Shown: positions 1 to 12,907, counted from the first letter of the whole stretch. The stretch: DNA of 63,422 bases, filler included, from Octopus bimaculoides (GCF_001194135.2; 3 parts of 3 records of this genome joined end to end with filler, not necessarily neighbours in it), one strand, 5' to 3'. Translations and numbers: made by a program. Notes: generated by a model not told the origin, from the sequence alone.

Positions 1-83
1 CTGTTCCTTCTTAGCCACCACCTGTTGATTACTTAATTCACTGTATGTCTTTTCTTTCTTTCTTCACCTTCATCACTGAGTAG

Positions 84-131
84 TGTGTCAATGCATTCAG
101 AAGGACAGCAAGCTGCTAATGCTCACAAATG
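84..131 (+). CDS. unc-104: Candidate 48-nt symmetric (phase 2-2) exon of unc-104, VSMHSEGQQAANAHK(W)
   Basis: Branch-point-like TACTTAAT (30-37), pyrimidine tract (~48-74), GAG/TAG tandem acceptor (78-83) and donor ATG|GTCAGT at 131/132. Length is divisible by 3 with no stop in the frame joining exon 1455 (TG+G=Trp). No transcript evidence. Confidence 0.45.
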
Positions 132-194
132 GTCAGTAGTAGTTTTACACAATTCACCCATTCCCTCTTTCAGTCTTAACCTTTCTTCCCCCCC

Positions 195-229
<35 letters not shown>

Positions 230-612
230 CTTAACCTTTCTGTTTCTCCCTCTTGCTTTCAGTTTTAACCTTTCTTTCTCTCTCTCTTTCTCTTTTGCAT
301 TATCTTGCCTGATTCTATCTCTGCATCTCTTTCTCTTTCTCTCTCTTCTTGTCCATCTCTCTCTCCACTTTCTCTGTCTTAAGTTTTCTTTCCTTCTCTC
401 TTTGTCTCTCTCATATTGCTTCTCTCTCTCCCTCCCTCTCTCTCTCTCTCTCTTTCTCTCCCTCCCTCTCTCTTTCTCTCCCTCCCTCCCTCTCTCTCTC
501 TCTCCCTCTCTCTCTCTTTCTCTCTCTTTCTCTCTCTTTCTCTCTCTTTCTCTCCCTCTCTCTCTCTCTCTTTCTCTCCCTCTCTCTCCCTCTCTCTGTC
601 TTTCTCTCTCTG

Positions 613-662
<50 letters not shown>

Positions 663-700
663 TCCTTCTCTCTCTCTGTCTCTCTCTCTTTTACTCTCTC
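195..700. repeat. Compound (CT)n/(CCCT)n microsatellite tract
   Basis: Read directly; source of the SLSL/ERER ORFs. Confidence 0.95.
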
Positions 701-987
701 CTCCATTCTTTTCTGTATCACTCACTTCAATATTGGTATGTATTGATGCATGAATCAAATTTTTGTTGTTGTAGGCAGTATGAAATATGTCATATGTTGA
801 ATATTACACTGGGGGTCAATGCAATTGACTCATCCCCTCCCCCAAAATTACTGCCCTTGTGGCAAAATTTGAAACCATTATTATTATCACTACTACTACA
901 CATCACATTCTTCTAATTGTGGATTCACCTTTGCGAAGAGTTGCACCAATCTTCTTAAATTAATTACAACAATTAATTACGCCTATA

Positions 988-1375
988 GGTGTAGGAGTGG
1001 CTGTGTGGTAAGTAGCTTGCTTACCAACCACATGGTCCTGGGTTCAGTCCCACTGTGTGGCATCTTGGGCAAGTGTCTTCTACTATAGCCTCGGACCGAC
1101 TAAAGCCTTGTGAGTGGATTTGGTAGACGGAAACTGAAAGAAGCCCGTCGTATATATGTATATGTGTGTGTTTGTGTGTCTGTGTTTGTCACCCCAACAT
1201 CGCTTGACAACCGATGCTGGTGTGTTTATGTCCCCATAACTTAGCGGTTCAGCAAAAGAGACCGATAGAATAAGTACTAGGCTTCCAAAGAATAAGTCCT
1301 GGGGTCGATTTGCTCGACTAAAGGCGGTGCTCCAGCATGGCCACAGTCAAAAGACTGAAACAAGTAAAAGAGTAA
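988..1375 (+). mobile_element. tRNA-derived CORE-type SINE (family A), full length
   Basis: A-box-like TGGCTGTGTGG, B-box-like GGTTCAGTCCC, CORE-like ...TTGGGCAAGTGTCTT..., internal (TA)(TG) microsatellite and TAAAAGAG tail; near-identical copies elsewhere in the window. Confidence 0.85.
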
Positions 1376-1454
1376 CAACAACAACAAGGTTGATGATGAT
1401 AACAACAACAACGATGATGTTAATAATCTTGTTTCTGTTTTCCCCTTCTTGCAG

Positions 1455-1686
1455 GCCTACATCTACTGAGACAAAAACCCAGTCGAAATCTTGTGAAAGC
1501 TTATCGTCAATGGCCGAGAATTCTGAACGCAAGTTCTCTTTGCCATTGAAGACTAACAAGCCAGAGACTGACCAACAGTTATTCATTCCAGACATTGAGG
1601 AAGTGAGGGTCAGCCCCATAGTATCGAGGAAAGGTTACCTCAACTTCTTGGAAGAGAAGACCAATGGATGGACAAAACGTTGGGTG
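1455..1686 (+). CDS. unc-104: Kinesin-3 unc-104/KIF1A-type exon, start of C-terminal PH domain
   Basis: Acceptor ttcttgcag|, donor |gtaagt; encodes ...[36 protein letters not shown], recognisable as the KIF1A/unc-104 PH domain entry. Confidence 0.95.
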
Positions 1687-1909
1687 GTAAGTATCTTCCA
1701 CCCCTAATCATTCTTCTTATCTTTTGTGGGTGTGTGTATGTGTATGTGTACCATCATCATCACCATCACCTTCAATATCACCATCACCAGCTCTGTACTT
1801 ACAAAGTTTGTTTTCCAGCTACATGATTTCAGATAGGGCCAGATTAAGGCCCTAATGACTTAAAAGATTTTGGTGTCCCCATCATCATCATCATCATCAT
1901 CATCATCAT

Positions 1910-2165
1910 TGTTTAACGTCCGCTTTCCATGCTAGCATGGGTTGGACGATTTGACTGAGGACGAGTGAAACCAGATGGCTACACCAGGCTCCAATCTGAT
2001 CTGGCAGAGTTTCTACAGCTGGATGCCCTTCCTAATGCCAACCACTCTGAGAGTGTAGAGGGTGCTTTTATGTGCCACCGGCATGAAGGCCAGTCAGGCG
2101 GGTACTGGCAACGGCCACGCTCAAAATGGTTTATTTTACGTGCCACCTGCAGAGGTGCCATCACG
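1910..2165 (+). mobile_element. Interspersed repeat, probably derived from an RTE-like LINE 3' end
   Basis: Starts after (CAT)n and contains GGATGCCCTTCCTAATGCCAACCAC, which resembles RTE-type 3' termini; class assigned from memory. Confidence 0.45.
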
Positions 2166-2678
2166 ATTTAAAATATAAACAATTATAAACCATAANNNNN
2201 NNNNNNNNNNNNNNNNNNNNNNNNNNNNNNNNNNNNNNNNNNNNNNNNNNNNNNNNNNNNNNNNNNNNNNNNNNNNNNNNNNNNNNNNNNNNNNNNNNNN
2301 NNNNNNNNNNNNNNNNNNNNNNNNNNNNNNNNNNNNNNNNNNNNNNNNNNNNNNNNNNNNNNNNNNNNNNNNNNNNNNNNNNNNNNNNNNNNNNNNNNNN
2401 NNNNNNNNNNNNNNNNNNNNNNNNNNNNNNNNNNNNNNNNNNNNNNNNNNNNNNNNNNNNNNNNNNNNNNNNNNNNNNNNNNNNNNNNNNNNNNNNNNNN
2501 NNNNNNNNNNNNNNNNNNNNNNNNNNNNNNNNNNNNNNNNNNNNNNNNNNNNNNNNNNNNNNNNNNNNNNNNNNNNNNNNNNNNNNNNNNNNNNNNNNNN
2601 NNNNNNNNNNNNNNNNNNNNNNNNNNNNNNNNNNNNNNNNNNNNNNNNNNNNNNNNNNNNNNNNNNAAAAGCGTAATG

Positions 2679-2711
<33 letters not shown>

Positions 2712-2714
<3 letters not shown>

Positions 2715-3267
2715 CCCGGATGCAGTACCAGGCAGTGGCTCTCATGGCTTCTGATCTTAATTGATTGGAAGTGTTATCATGTACATTGGTTTGTCTTGGT
2801 ATAAATGATGGGCTACAGCAAATATTCTGCTCAATACCACAGATTTGCTTGTAAGTCGTTTGACCATAACCAGTTGAGCATGTCCCTTGGGAGCTGATGA
2901 TGAGTGCATCTCTGATCACAAGCAGAAGTAGTAGGGAAGCATCGTAGCAATGTGTTGAGAGGAATTCTATGGGGTTTGAATAACACACCTCTGGAAACTT
3001 GGGTGTTTTGTTCAACATCTTTAAACAACCCTTATTCAGGGACCTTTTGAGCAGGATGGGCTACTCGACTTGAAGAAAATTCTAACTGGACTCCACCTAC
3101 AAGGTTATGCATTGTCTATCTTGATATGAGATCACCATGTCATGCACATATGGTTGTGAAGCATGTGCCTGGCATACCCTTATCAGACGGGTAGTCATGA
3201 TGGGTATAATGGGCTTCGTATATTTTACCCCAGTGTCACTTTGATGGCATGCAATGCTCTTTCACTC
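2712..3267 (+). mobile_element. Non-coding ~555-bp element 'E' flanked by (TAA)n on both sides
   Basis: Begins ATGCCCGGATGCAGTACCAGGCAGTGG and ends ...GCTCTTTCACTC(AAT)n; reverse copies at 34357-34900 and 35675-36213; no credible ORF and no obvious tRNA head. Confidence 0.85.
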
Positions 3268-3336
3268 AATAATAATAATGATAATAATAATATATGTATA
3301 CAAATTCATTAACTGATAATTTGTTTTATTTTACAG

Positions 3337-3456
3337 GTTGTCCGTCGTCCTTATGTGTATATCTACAACAATGAGAAGGATCCCGTTGAAAGGGGTCTGA
3401 TTAACTTAGCCACAGCTCAGATTGAATATAGTGAAGATCAACAAGCTATGCTCAAG
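3337..3456 (+). CDS. unc-104: unc-104 PH-domain exon ([40 protein letters not shown])
   Basis: ttttacag| acceptor, |gtatat donor, 120 nt phase 0-0, in frame with neighbours; typical KIF1A PH sequence. Confidence 0.95.
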
Positions 3457-3514
3457 GTATATGTCATTCAATTTATTTATACATTTACTTGTGACTTAGT
3501 CTCTGAAGAAGTTT

Positions 3515-3805
3515 GTCATACTCTGTCCTGTATAGGTGTGTCATAATCTATATTCTGTAAATGTGTGCCATTTTCTATATTCTGTAAAACTATGTCATAC
3601 TCTATGTTGTGTAGAGATGTGCCATACTCTCTATTTTATAAATCTGTGCCATAATCTATATTCTGTGTAGATGTGCCATAATCTATATTCCATATAGATG
3701 TGTCATTCTCTATATTTTTTAGAGGTGTATCATATTCTGTGTTGTGTAGAGGTGTACCATATTCTGTATTCTGTAGATACGTTTCCTACTCCCTCTTCTG
3801 TAGTG
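3515..3805. repeat. Degenerate ~27-bp intronic minisatellite (TGTGCCATAATCTATATTCTGTGTAGA-like, about 11 units)
   Basis: Periodic units read by eye. Confidence 0.8.
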
Positions 3806-4031
3806 TGTGTGCATGTGTTCTGTATGTGTGGGTATGTGTGAATGTGTCCTTATGTGTATCATATTTTAGTGTATTTCTACAAACATATTTTGGTCTGTCT
3901 CTATTTCTCTTTCCCTCTAATTTTTCTCTCTTTATTGTTTGCCTTTTCCCCTTCTCTCTCTCCCTCTCTCTTTCTCACTTACACATATAAAATGTGCTAT
4001 TAAATATTTGTTTATCTTGCTTTCACTTCAG

Positions 4032-4150
4032 ACTCGAAACACATTCTCTGTAATGACCAAACATAGAGGATTTTTCCTGCAAACTCTTGATGACAAAGAT
4101 TTCCATGATTGGCTATATGCCATCAATCCACTTCTCGCTGGCCGAATTAG
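4032..4150 (+). CDS. unc-104: unc-104 PH-domain exon ([39 protein letters not shown])
   Basis: cacttcag| acceptor, AG|gtaaac donor, 119 nt phase 0-2; the [11 protein letters not shown] motif matches KIF1-family WLYAFNPLLAG. Confidence 0.95.
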
Positions 4151-4761
4151 GTAAACTACATTTATTTATTCATTTTTTTTGGCTTAACCCTAGGTCAGCC
4201 TTGATCAAACAGATCCATGATCAATGACATTTCAATCATGATCCTATTGCTGTTCTGTATATCTCAAACTACAGTATCTACTCTGTTTGTCCTTCTCCTC
4301 TCTTAAAATAGCAGGATCGATTTCAGAGATTTGACTGCTATTTTTAGTTAATCACGTGACCACATATAAACTCCATTATTGTGGTTTGTTTTTGATTCAG
4401 TTGTTGTTTGCCTCATGTGGACTTTTATCGAGCAGATTTATGATTAAGTGCCTCAATTGGTTTCACACCACAAGGTTCAATGGAACCCACTGAAGCAAGC
4501 CAACATGCTTATAGTATTACCATAGGTAATGGCCTGGCTAAAGCATTGGAACAGTCAAGCACCCTCATGGGCATCACCTGACACCTTAGTAAAACAGTTA
4601 AAATATTAGGGTCTGATATAGACAGTTTAACTACCGAAGGGTCAAATGAATATAAGCAGGGTGGGTGGGTTGATGTTTCATGCTAAAATAACAAAGCACT
4701 TTCACCTCATGCATTTTTACTTATTTATTTTTATACTTTTTTGTTTTGTTTCTTTCCTTAG

Positions 4762-4801
4762 GTCTAAACTGTCACGGAGGAAACAGTCGGTGAAAATATG
4801 A
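4762..4801 (+). CDS. unc-104: unc-104 terminal coding exon ((R)SKLSRRKQSVKI*)
   Basis: tttccttag| acceptor, phase 2 matches, RSKLSRR end typical of KIF1A; TGA at 4799-4801. Confidence 0.93.
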
Positions 4802-5150
4802 TCTGCAATAAGTCCAGTACCTCGCAGCAGACAGCTTGGTCAGTTCTACAGCAATGCCGCTGCCATATGCAGCCTTCTTAGAAGGAAGTTGAAAGCAAAA
4901 CTGCAGTTCAAGCAAAACAAATACAAGCACATCACAAACCAAACTTAACTTAAATGAAACCCCATTATTTGTGTAATATGTAGATAATAGACACACATTA
5001 ACACAACTAAACATACAGACAATATATTATATATATATGGATATATATGTGTATAAATATATGCATATCTACATTATTTATCTATCTCTCTATGGATATA
5101 TTTATATTATATATATTTACATACACACACATACACTTAGAGCCTGATGA

Positions 5151-5244
<94 letters not shown>

Positions 5245-5757
5245 ATATGCATGTATATATATATATGTATGTATGTATTGATGAGTTGGGAGAGAGAAAA
5301 AGAAGGGAATATTTATTTGGATGTGTATAAGATGCATATACATGCTCACACAGATATAGATGTGTGTGTATGTATGTATGTGTGTGTGTGTGTGTGTGTG
5401 TATACACACACATTTATACAACCACACATACACAAGAAATTTATGATGATTTAGCTCTGAATAATCTTGCAACATATAGAGACCCATGTGTGGCTCCGTA
5501 TTTTTTTTTCTGGAACTTGCCTATATATATATATTATAATATGCACACACACATATAAATATACATACACACACATGCCTACATACATTTACATCCGCAT
5601 AATGTTGGAAGAGAACAAGAAGGAAGTTAGTAGGTACATGGAAGAAGTCTGCAATGTAGTAACTAAAATTTTATTTTGGCACAGTGTCAGGTCTCTTCAG
5701 ATGGGTACTTTTAATTAAAATGAAATGTGGGAGTTTTTAGAATTACATTTAGGTAGT

Positions 5758-5789
<32 letters not shown>

Positions 5790-7199
5790 ATCTAGAATTT
5801 AGATCCTAGCTCAAAGTTCCCTGATGTATTGTTACTATAATATAGTTTAGATTGATGGTGGCTGAGTGCAAACTATGTATGTGCGTATGTGTTAAAGATA
5901 TTTGTATGTGTTGTGGCCTTAATTATGCAATAAATCTCTCCCATACATGCACACACACACACACTAATATGCTTTTTATTTCTTAGATAATTTATTCAAC
6001 ACCCACCACACACACACACCATGGTACTTTCAATTTTCAGTTCCAAGATCTTTTATTTTTATTTGCATTTCATTGAGATTTAGCCAAATATGTGATATTC
6101 TATCAAACTAATATTCATAGATGCACACACACACACACACACACACACAGATAAACTAATGCATATACACATATGCATTGATATATTTATCTTTACTTTA
6201 TTAACACTTATTTTTAGAATAATAAACTCCATTTTATCTCTCTTTCCCAACCCACCCCTTTTTGCCATGTTTTTGTTGTTTTTTTTATCCATTCATATTT
6301 TAAGAATTCAATGCTTTTTCTTATTGCATATTTTTACTGTTTAGTCTGTTTAAAGTCTTGTCAATGGAAAGATGGTTATTTTACAATGTAGTGGAACTGA
6401 AGTCTGCATATGTGTTTTTGTAGAGAAAGACAGACAAAAAGAGAAAGACTTCCTCTGCTACATCACACAGTTCACATATGTGTCTATACACCATACATCA
6501 CTATATACACATATGTATACTTCATTCAACACCATACACTCCGTACACATACGCATGCATTTCTTCTGGAAGAGGCAAGGTTAGTACGCATGACTCCACT
6601 TGACTTTTCTCTAAGCGAAACAGGTTGGAAATGTTATGGTCTTGGTCAGGCTCAGTAGTGTTTGAATGTGAGGATTCTGTATCAATTCGATTTTCTTTTA
6701 CTCTTATTTAACGGAAGTCATCTTTCTGATGCATACACACACAAGTACATCTTAGAAAGCATGCAGATAATTCTTAAAAGTAAGCAAATGATCTGTAGGA
6801 AATATCTTGAAATATTTACTGATTTCTCTCTCTTTTTTTTTTTTTTTTAAGTGTTGCTAGTATAGCAGATTATTCTCATATCTTAAACTTCTACATAACA
6901 TAAATTGTCAGAAGCCACTGTACATCGTTGCATCTGTAGCATTTACAAATGTAAATTGAGAAACCAATGTTCTCACATGCCATATGCTATACTGATAATA
7001 ATTCAGTAACCAAGCATCTACAAGAATGTCCATTGCTTCTTGCAAATACTCTGCTTCATTTTAAAGTACTCGGGTTTGCCATGTGAATTTATATTAAAGC
7101 TTGTTTTCGTCATGTAGTGTTCTGTTTTTGGTTGGGTTGTGCAATATCTGGTAATTATTATATGGATTGATTTGTGTGCTAACATTTCATAGGAACATC

Positions 7200-7235
<36 letters not shown>

Positions 7236-10200
7236 TAATAATAGTAATAATAAATTGATGTTTTTATTCGTGTTATTGTAGTAACAAGTGTGCATCTCAG
7301 TGTGGTGATAGTAGTAGTAGTATTAGTAGTGGTAGTAGCTTCTTGGTGAATCACCTTCTCAGTCCAGTTTCTCCTCCCGGTCGATGCCATTTCACTTGCA
7401 TATTGCTGCTGCTCTTTTTGTGAATGCATGAATATCACAACCTCTTTATTTGCTCTCCCTTAAATCTATGTAAAGAAACCAGGAATCGCTAGAACATTGT
7501 TTGGGCAGAAAGAAATGGCCAGCATTAATTCTTCTAGCTTTGTTTTCTGACTTCAAATCCTGCCATGATCAATTTTGCTTTTTATCTCTCNNNNNNNNNN
7601 CTCAGGGTCAGTAAAATAAAGTACCAGCTAAGTTCTGGTATTGGTGGTATCAACTAAACCCCCCCCCACTCAAATTGTTGATTTTGTTCCCGAATTATAA
7701 TCAAGCCAGTTGATTGCTGTTTGCATAATGCTTTATGATTATTGAAAAGTCAGAGCCCTGTTGCTCTTAAGTTCAAATTCTACAAAGTTACCTTTGTCTT
7801 GCATCTTTCTAGTGGAAGATGGAAGACAAAGTCAAGTTTGAGATGGGTGTGGTCAGTATACTATCATCCTCTACACAACAAAATTAGTTTAAAAGGAGAA
7901 GAAAATGCTAATTTCTTTCATTGGCACTAGATTTATAAAGGAGCAAAAGTGTTTTTATGACATTCATGCATTTCCTAATGGCATTAGCAAATGTAAGCGA
8001 AATGACTTAAATCTGGAGTAGAAACTAGGTTTGCAATCTTGTATCACTAGAAGCTTAACCCATCATTATTATTATTACTATTATTATTATTATTATTATT
8101 ATTGCTATTAACTATTTACTATTGTTATAAAAATGTTTTATTTTTCCAGAAATTTTATTTATAGTTGAATGAAGACAAAATTTTTTTCTTATCTGTATGG
8201 GAAAAAAAATTGTAATTAAATAATTAACAACCACTTTTACCTCACTTCATTCTTAAAGCTTTGGTATTATTGTGTGTGACGATGTTTTCTCCTTTATGGT
8301 TCCCCACCCCTTCCTTGCTTCCCCATCTGTCTCTCTCTCTCTCTCTCTCTCTCTCGTTCTTTCATTTTCTCTCCTGTCACATTTTTCTTTTCTTCGTCTT
8401 GTTCCTTTTTATACTTTGTCCTTTTCCATCCATACTCTTGTTTCTTCTTCAGTCTCTCTTTGTCTTTTGAAAACTCCAAATAATTTCAGTGGAATATGGT
8501 CATTAATAATAATAAAAATAATATTACATAATAATATATTATATAATAATGTTCCCATCTTCAATTGATGCTTTGAGATTTTGCTTCTTCATTGAGCAGG
8601 GTAGGAGGAACAATGAGAACTATGTTTTTTTCCTTGTGGTAGAATTCTTTTCTCATTATTCCATGATTGTTCTGTAGTGCTTGTGTAACTTTTTAACTTT
8701 GTTTAAAAGTTATGCTCATGCTGAATGGGATATGGGATAATTTTGGTTTTTCAAAAAATTCTAGCTCAAAGACACTAAACTTATATATCAAATACAGATA
8801 TTTCTTTATTTAAAGCTATCTATTTTCACGCTTCTTTATTCTATGTTAGGTTTACTTCTCTCCACTTAGTTACCCATCATCCTACATCTTTTCATTTATC
8901 TATCTATCTTGATTATCTCTTTAAAAGCTTTTATTCTCATCACTTTTCTCATTGGCTTTGAGAAGAGGTATTAACATCACAATTTTATACTTATCCTTCT
9001 TCATCAGAAAAATCTGACTTATATATATATAATTGTGATAGACACTTTAGAGAAATATCTTTGAAAGATCAGCAAGCATCGTAGAAGCAAAACAATAAAA
9101 GGGGAGCTAACTTCAANNNNNNNNNNNNNNNNNNNNNNNNNNNNNNNNNNNNNNNNNNNNNNNNNNNNNNNNNNNNNNNNNNNNNNNNNNNNNNNNNNNN
9201 NNNNNNNNNNNNNNNNNNNNNNNNNNNNNNNNNNNNNNNNNNNNNNNNNNNNNNNNNNNNNNNNNNNNNNNNNNNNNNNNNNNNNNNNNNNNNNNNNNNN
9301 NNNNNNNNNNNNNNNNNNNNNNNNNNNNNNNNNNNNNNNAATACTCCCCTAAATTAATATTACTTAGCTCAGGATTTACAAAATAAATGTTAAAAATAAG
9401 CCCTAACCTAGTAAAAAGGTTAATTTGCAGGTGACTATGGCTCAGTGTTCCTTTTGTTTTTTTGGAGAGAGTGAGAGATAAAATGTAAATTAAATTTTAG
9501 TGTAGCTTTATTTGTTGTTTATGGATGCTAGTTCTATCTCAGCAGCTTTTGTTAGTGAAAGAAATTGAAAGAGGTTGGTGAGTTGGTGATGGTGCTGATG
9601 GAAAGGTCACAGGTTTTCATGTTGTTTTTTCCTAAATCTGTTTTTCAGAAGATTGCATTAAGCAACATGTGATAGAAATAGGTATCACAACAAAACTGTT
9701 CAAAGCAACATGAACATGTGGTAGGTTTTTTTCAAATGCCTTAATGTTGGAGCCTAAACTTGTAGATCTAATGAGGACAACTGCAGGACACTGCATGGAG
9801 GTAAAATCTCATCACATGTATGCATGACACATGAGGCATTTTGTGGTTGATCCATAGGATGTCTTTATTGTGCACCATGTGGTAGATCTACAATAAACAA
9901 CTGCCTAAAGTAACTTGAAGAAGCCACTACTAAATGATTATGTTATCAAGTGACATGTGGTAGATCCATCACATGATTCTTGCATGAGGCAACATGTGGT
10001 AGATCTACTAAAAATAACTGCATAATGCAGTTATGAGGCAACATGTTTTAGATATGGTAGATTGCATGAGGCAATGTATGATAAACCGTCCAGTGTCAAC
10101 TATCTGATGCAACATGTGATAGAGCCACCTCATGATTGTATGAGACAACATGTGGTAGGACCACCACCAGTCAGTTGCATTGAGCCACAAACCAGAATAA

Positions 10201-11936
10201 GTGTGCATGAAGTGACTTGGTAGATCCACGACAAGCATGCTTGATGCAGCATGTGGTAGATTTACCAAACAACAGTGTGATAAAAAAAAAAAGTGGGCAA
10301 CATGTAATAGATCTATCATGAACCAGTGTTGAGACTCAAAGCTGTGATATAACTCCCTAAAACTCTCAACCTTCACTTCCAGAGGAAGTTAAGCTGGTCT
10401 GAGGAAATATATGTTGTCCCCTTTATCATAGTAATAACGGTTGATTAACAGAAGAGACTGTGGATACTCCTCAGATAAAAATGTTGACGTAAATGGATAT
10501 CCATGCATATTGCATGGCTGCATGTGTATTTACCAAACTCTTTGTTGCTTTATAATATCTGTTCAGTGGCTGAGTGGATGTATTATCAAATGTCCTGCCT
10601 ATAAATTGTGAATTCATATACCGGTGCAGGTTTTTCTTAGTGCCTCGCTTTAACCCCAAACTTTAAAAAAAAAAAAAGGTAAAGAAAATAAAAAGGCAAT
10701 CAGACTTTTGTCTGGGTAAAGTTACCTGCAATGGATATAGATATCTCGGGGTTGATTTGATTTTCATTCACTTTATGCTTCAGTGGTTTGTGAAGGGATT
10801 GACTTTGTTGCTGACCTTACTTCAATTTAACATGTTACTTTGATGCATTCTGCTTCCAGCAACTGCCTTCCACCCATCTGTCTAGCCTCTGTCATAATCT
10901 CTCTCATAGATTCAAGTTGTTGTTAGACATCTTCAGACAGCAAAATCAGCAGAAATTTTGTGTTTATTACTTCATTGTTGTTGTTTTTTCCCTTAAAAAA
11001 AAAAAAAATTTTTATAATCATTCAAGATTGATAGTATGTGAATAAGTATGTATATGCATATGTATATTTAGATTCATTCATACACATTCAAATATTGTTT
11101 GTGTTGTCATTCGCCATTAAAGGTTACAGCTCTGAGCATTTAATTAACTATTAGTCTCTTGAATTTATTATAATTAACAAAGCTTGTCTGGCCAATAGAA
11201 ATCAATTACTGAAACCAGCCAAGCATACAATGTATTGGTCTGTTAAGAGTGTTTGCTAAAGATCTTTGGCCTGTTAAGAATTGTTACTGTCAGCCCTTTA
11301 AGACACATTTGTTGGTTTACTGAACATTTAGTCATATCCTTACTAACATATATTTACTTTCAGCTGCACTAATCTGGTATTTATTAGTATACTAACTCTT
11401 TGGCTTTGTGTTGTATTTAGTTTTAAGAGCCTCTGTATTTGGTTAATGGCCAAACAATTCTGAAGAGGACTCAAGTCTTTGTCAGGAGACTCCTTGGAAA
11501 GTTTGGATGTATGGGGGTTATCCTACCAGTTCTTTGTAGTGCTCTGAAAGGTGTTCTACTTGGTACACTGAGGAGGAGGATGTCCCAGTTGTCTCTGCTT
11601 CTTCAATGACAGTGCTTCCAGTTATAACCAGATTTATAACTCCGGCAAGAGGATTACCTTCCTTTCCGACTGGGGTTGTGGACAAAAACCCACAACCGGG
11701 GCTGGATTGTTCTGCTTGGATAGATCTTCTCGGTCATTATTCCTTCATCTGACAGCAGATGGATGGATGCCATAGTGCTCTCCATCTTAGTATGGGGCTC
11801 CACCTCTTGTTTAATGGGGAAATCCAGGCAGGCTTGTTTGAGGTATCATTTATACTTACTGAAGCAGTTATTGCAGATTCAACCTCACATCATTGTAAGA
11901 CATTGCCCAAGTAAGAAAGTGAGCCGACAAGAGAGC

Positions 11937-11984
<48 letters not shown>

Positions 11985-12393
11985 TCTCTTCACCTGCTGG
12001 AATTAGTAGTCCAATCACCCTCAGATTATATCTTAAAGAAAGGAAAGATACATCATCAGACAGTGTAGTCACAGATATACAGGTCAAAGGATGGGGCTAA
12101 ACAACTATTAATGTACTTCTAAATACTTCCTCACAAATAGGTAATTAGTAAGCTCGTTACTCTAACTATTCTTTTTATAGTGCTGGTCAACATTAAGCTA
12201 TGTTTATTGTTATATTAGTGACCCTACTAATGCTTACTTTACCTGTTCAGCAGCAATTGTAGCCTGGAGGTTTTCTATCAAATTCATACTGAATGGGTAG
12301 TTGCAATATCTACTTACAGTATAACTTCATCTGCTCCTCTCACAAGAATTATTGCAACAGCTTTATGGTACTTTGGGCAAGGAGTTAACTCTT

Positions 12394-12429
<36 letters not shown>

Positions 12430-12866
12430 AATAGTTCCAGATATATATCTCCAATTCTACGAGCACTCATCAACGTTTAACTCTTGTTCAATTCAATAGC
12501 CAACATTGTGTACATCTATCAATCCAGCCTGTCAACCTGCAAGTTTTTATAACTTGCTTAAATCTATTCCAGCAATTTAACGATAATTAACTGACGTTAT
12601 TAATTATTATTTTATTATGATTTTTCTTTTATTTTTTCAAACACTGCCAAGATATAGTTCTTTAGTTTGTTTTAGCCAATGTAGCCTTGGCCATGTTGGA
12701 GCAATATACTAACCATTATATTTTTTAAACTTCCCATAGTACCCTGATAAATGCTCACAGCATGTTATTCCTATCTTCTCAAAAAAAAAAAAATGGTTAT
12801 CTTGGGCTAAGATAAAGATCTGAAAAGAAAACAAGAGTTTTTTTCCTCTCTCTCTCTCTCTCTCTC

Positions 12867-12907
<41 letters not shown>

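Noticed and set aside
349-916. Long SLSL/ERER ORFs
   Set aside because: Translations of (CT)n microsatellite inside an intron.
1327-1454. ATG start of the 126-aa ORF
   Set aside because: The N-terminal part is SINE tail and intron; the real coding segment begins at the acceptor at 1455.
2712-2800. HDV-like or hammerhead ribozyme at the 5' end of element E
   Set aside because: CTGATG-like text is present but no GAAA core or nested double pseudoknot could be drawn by eye; left for computational folding.
9660-10320. CRISPR-like repeat/spacer appearance
   Set aside because: Eukaryotic spliced-gene context, degenerate repeats, irregular spacers that resemble each other, and no cas genes; a minisatellite.
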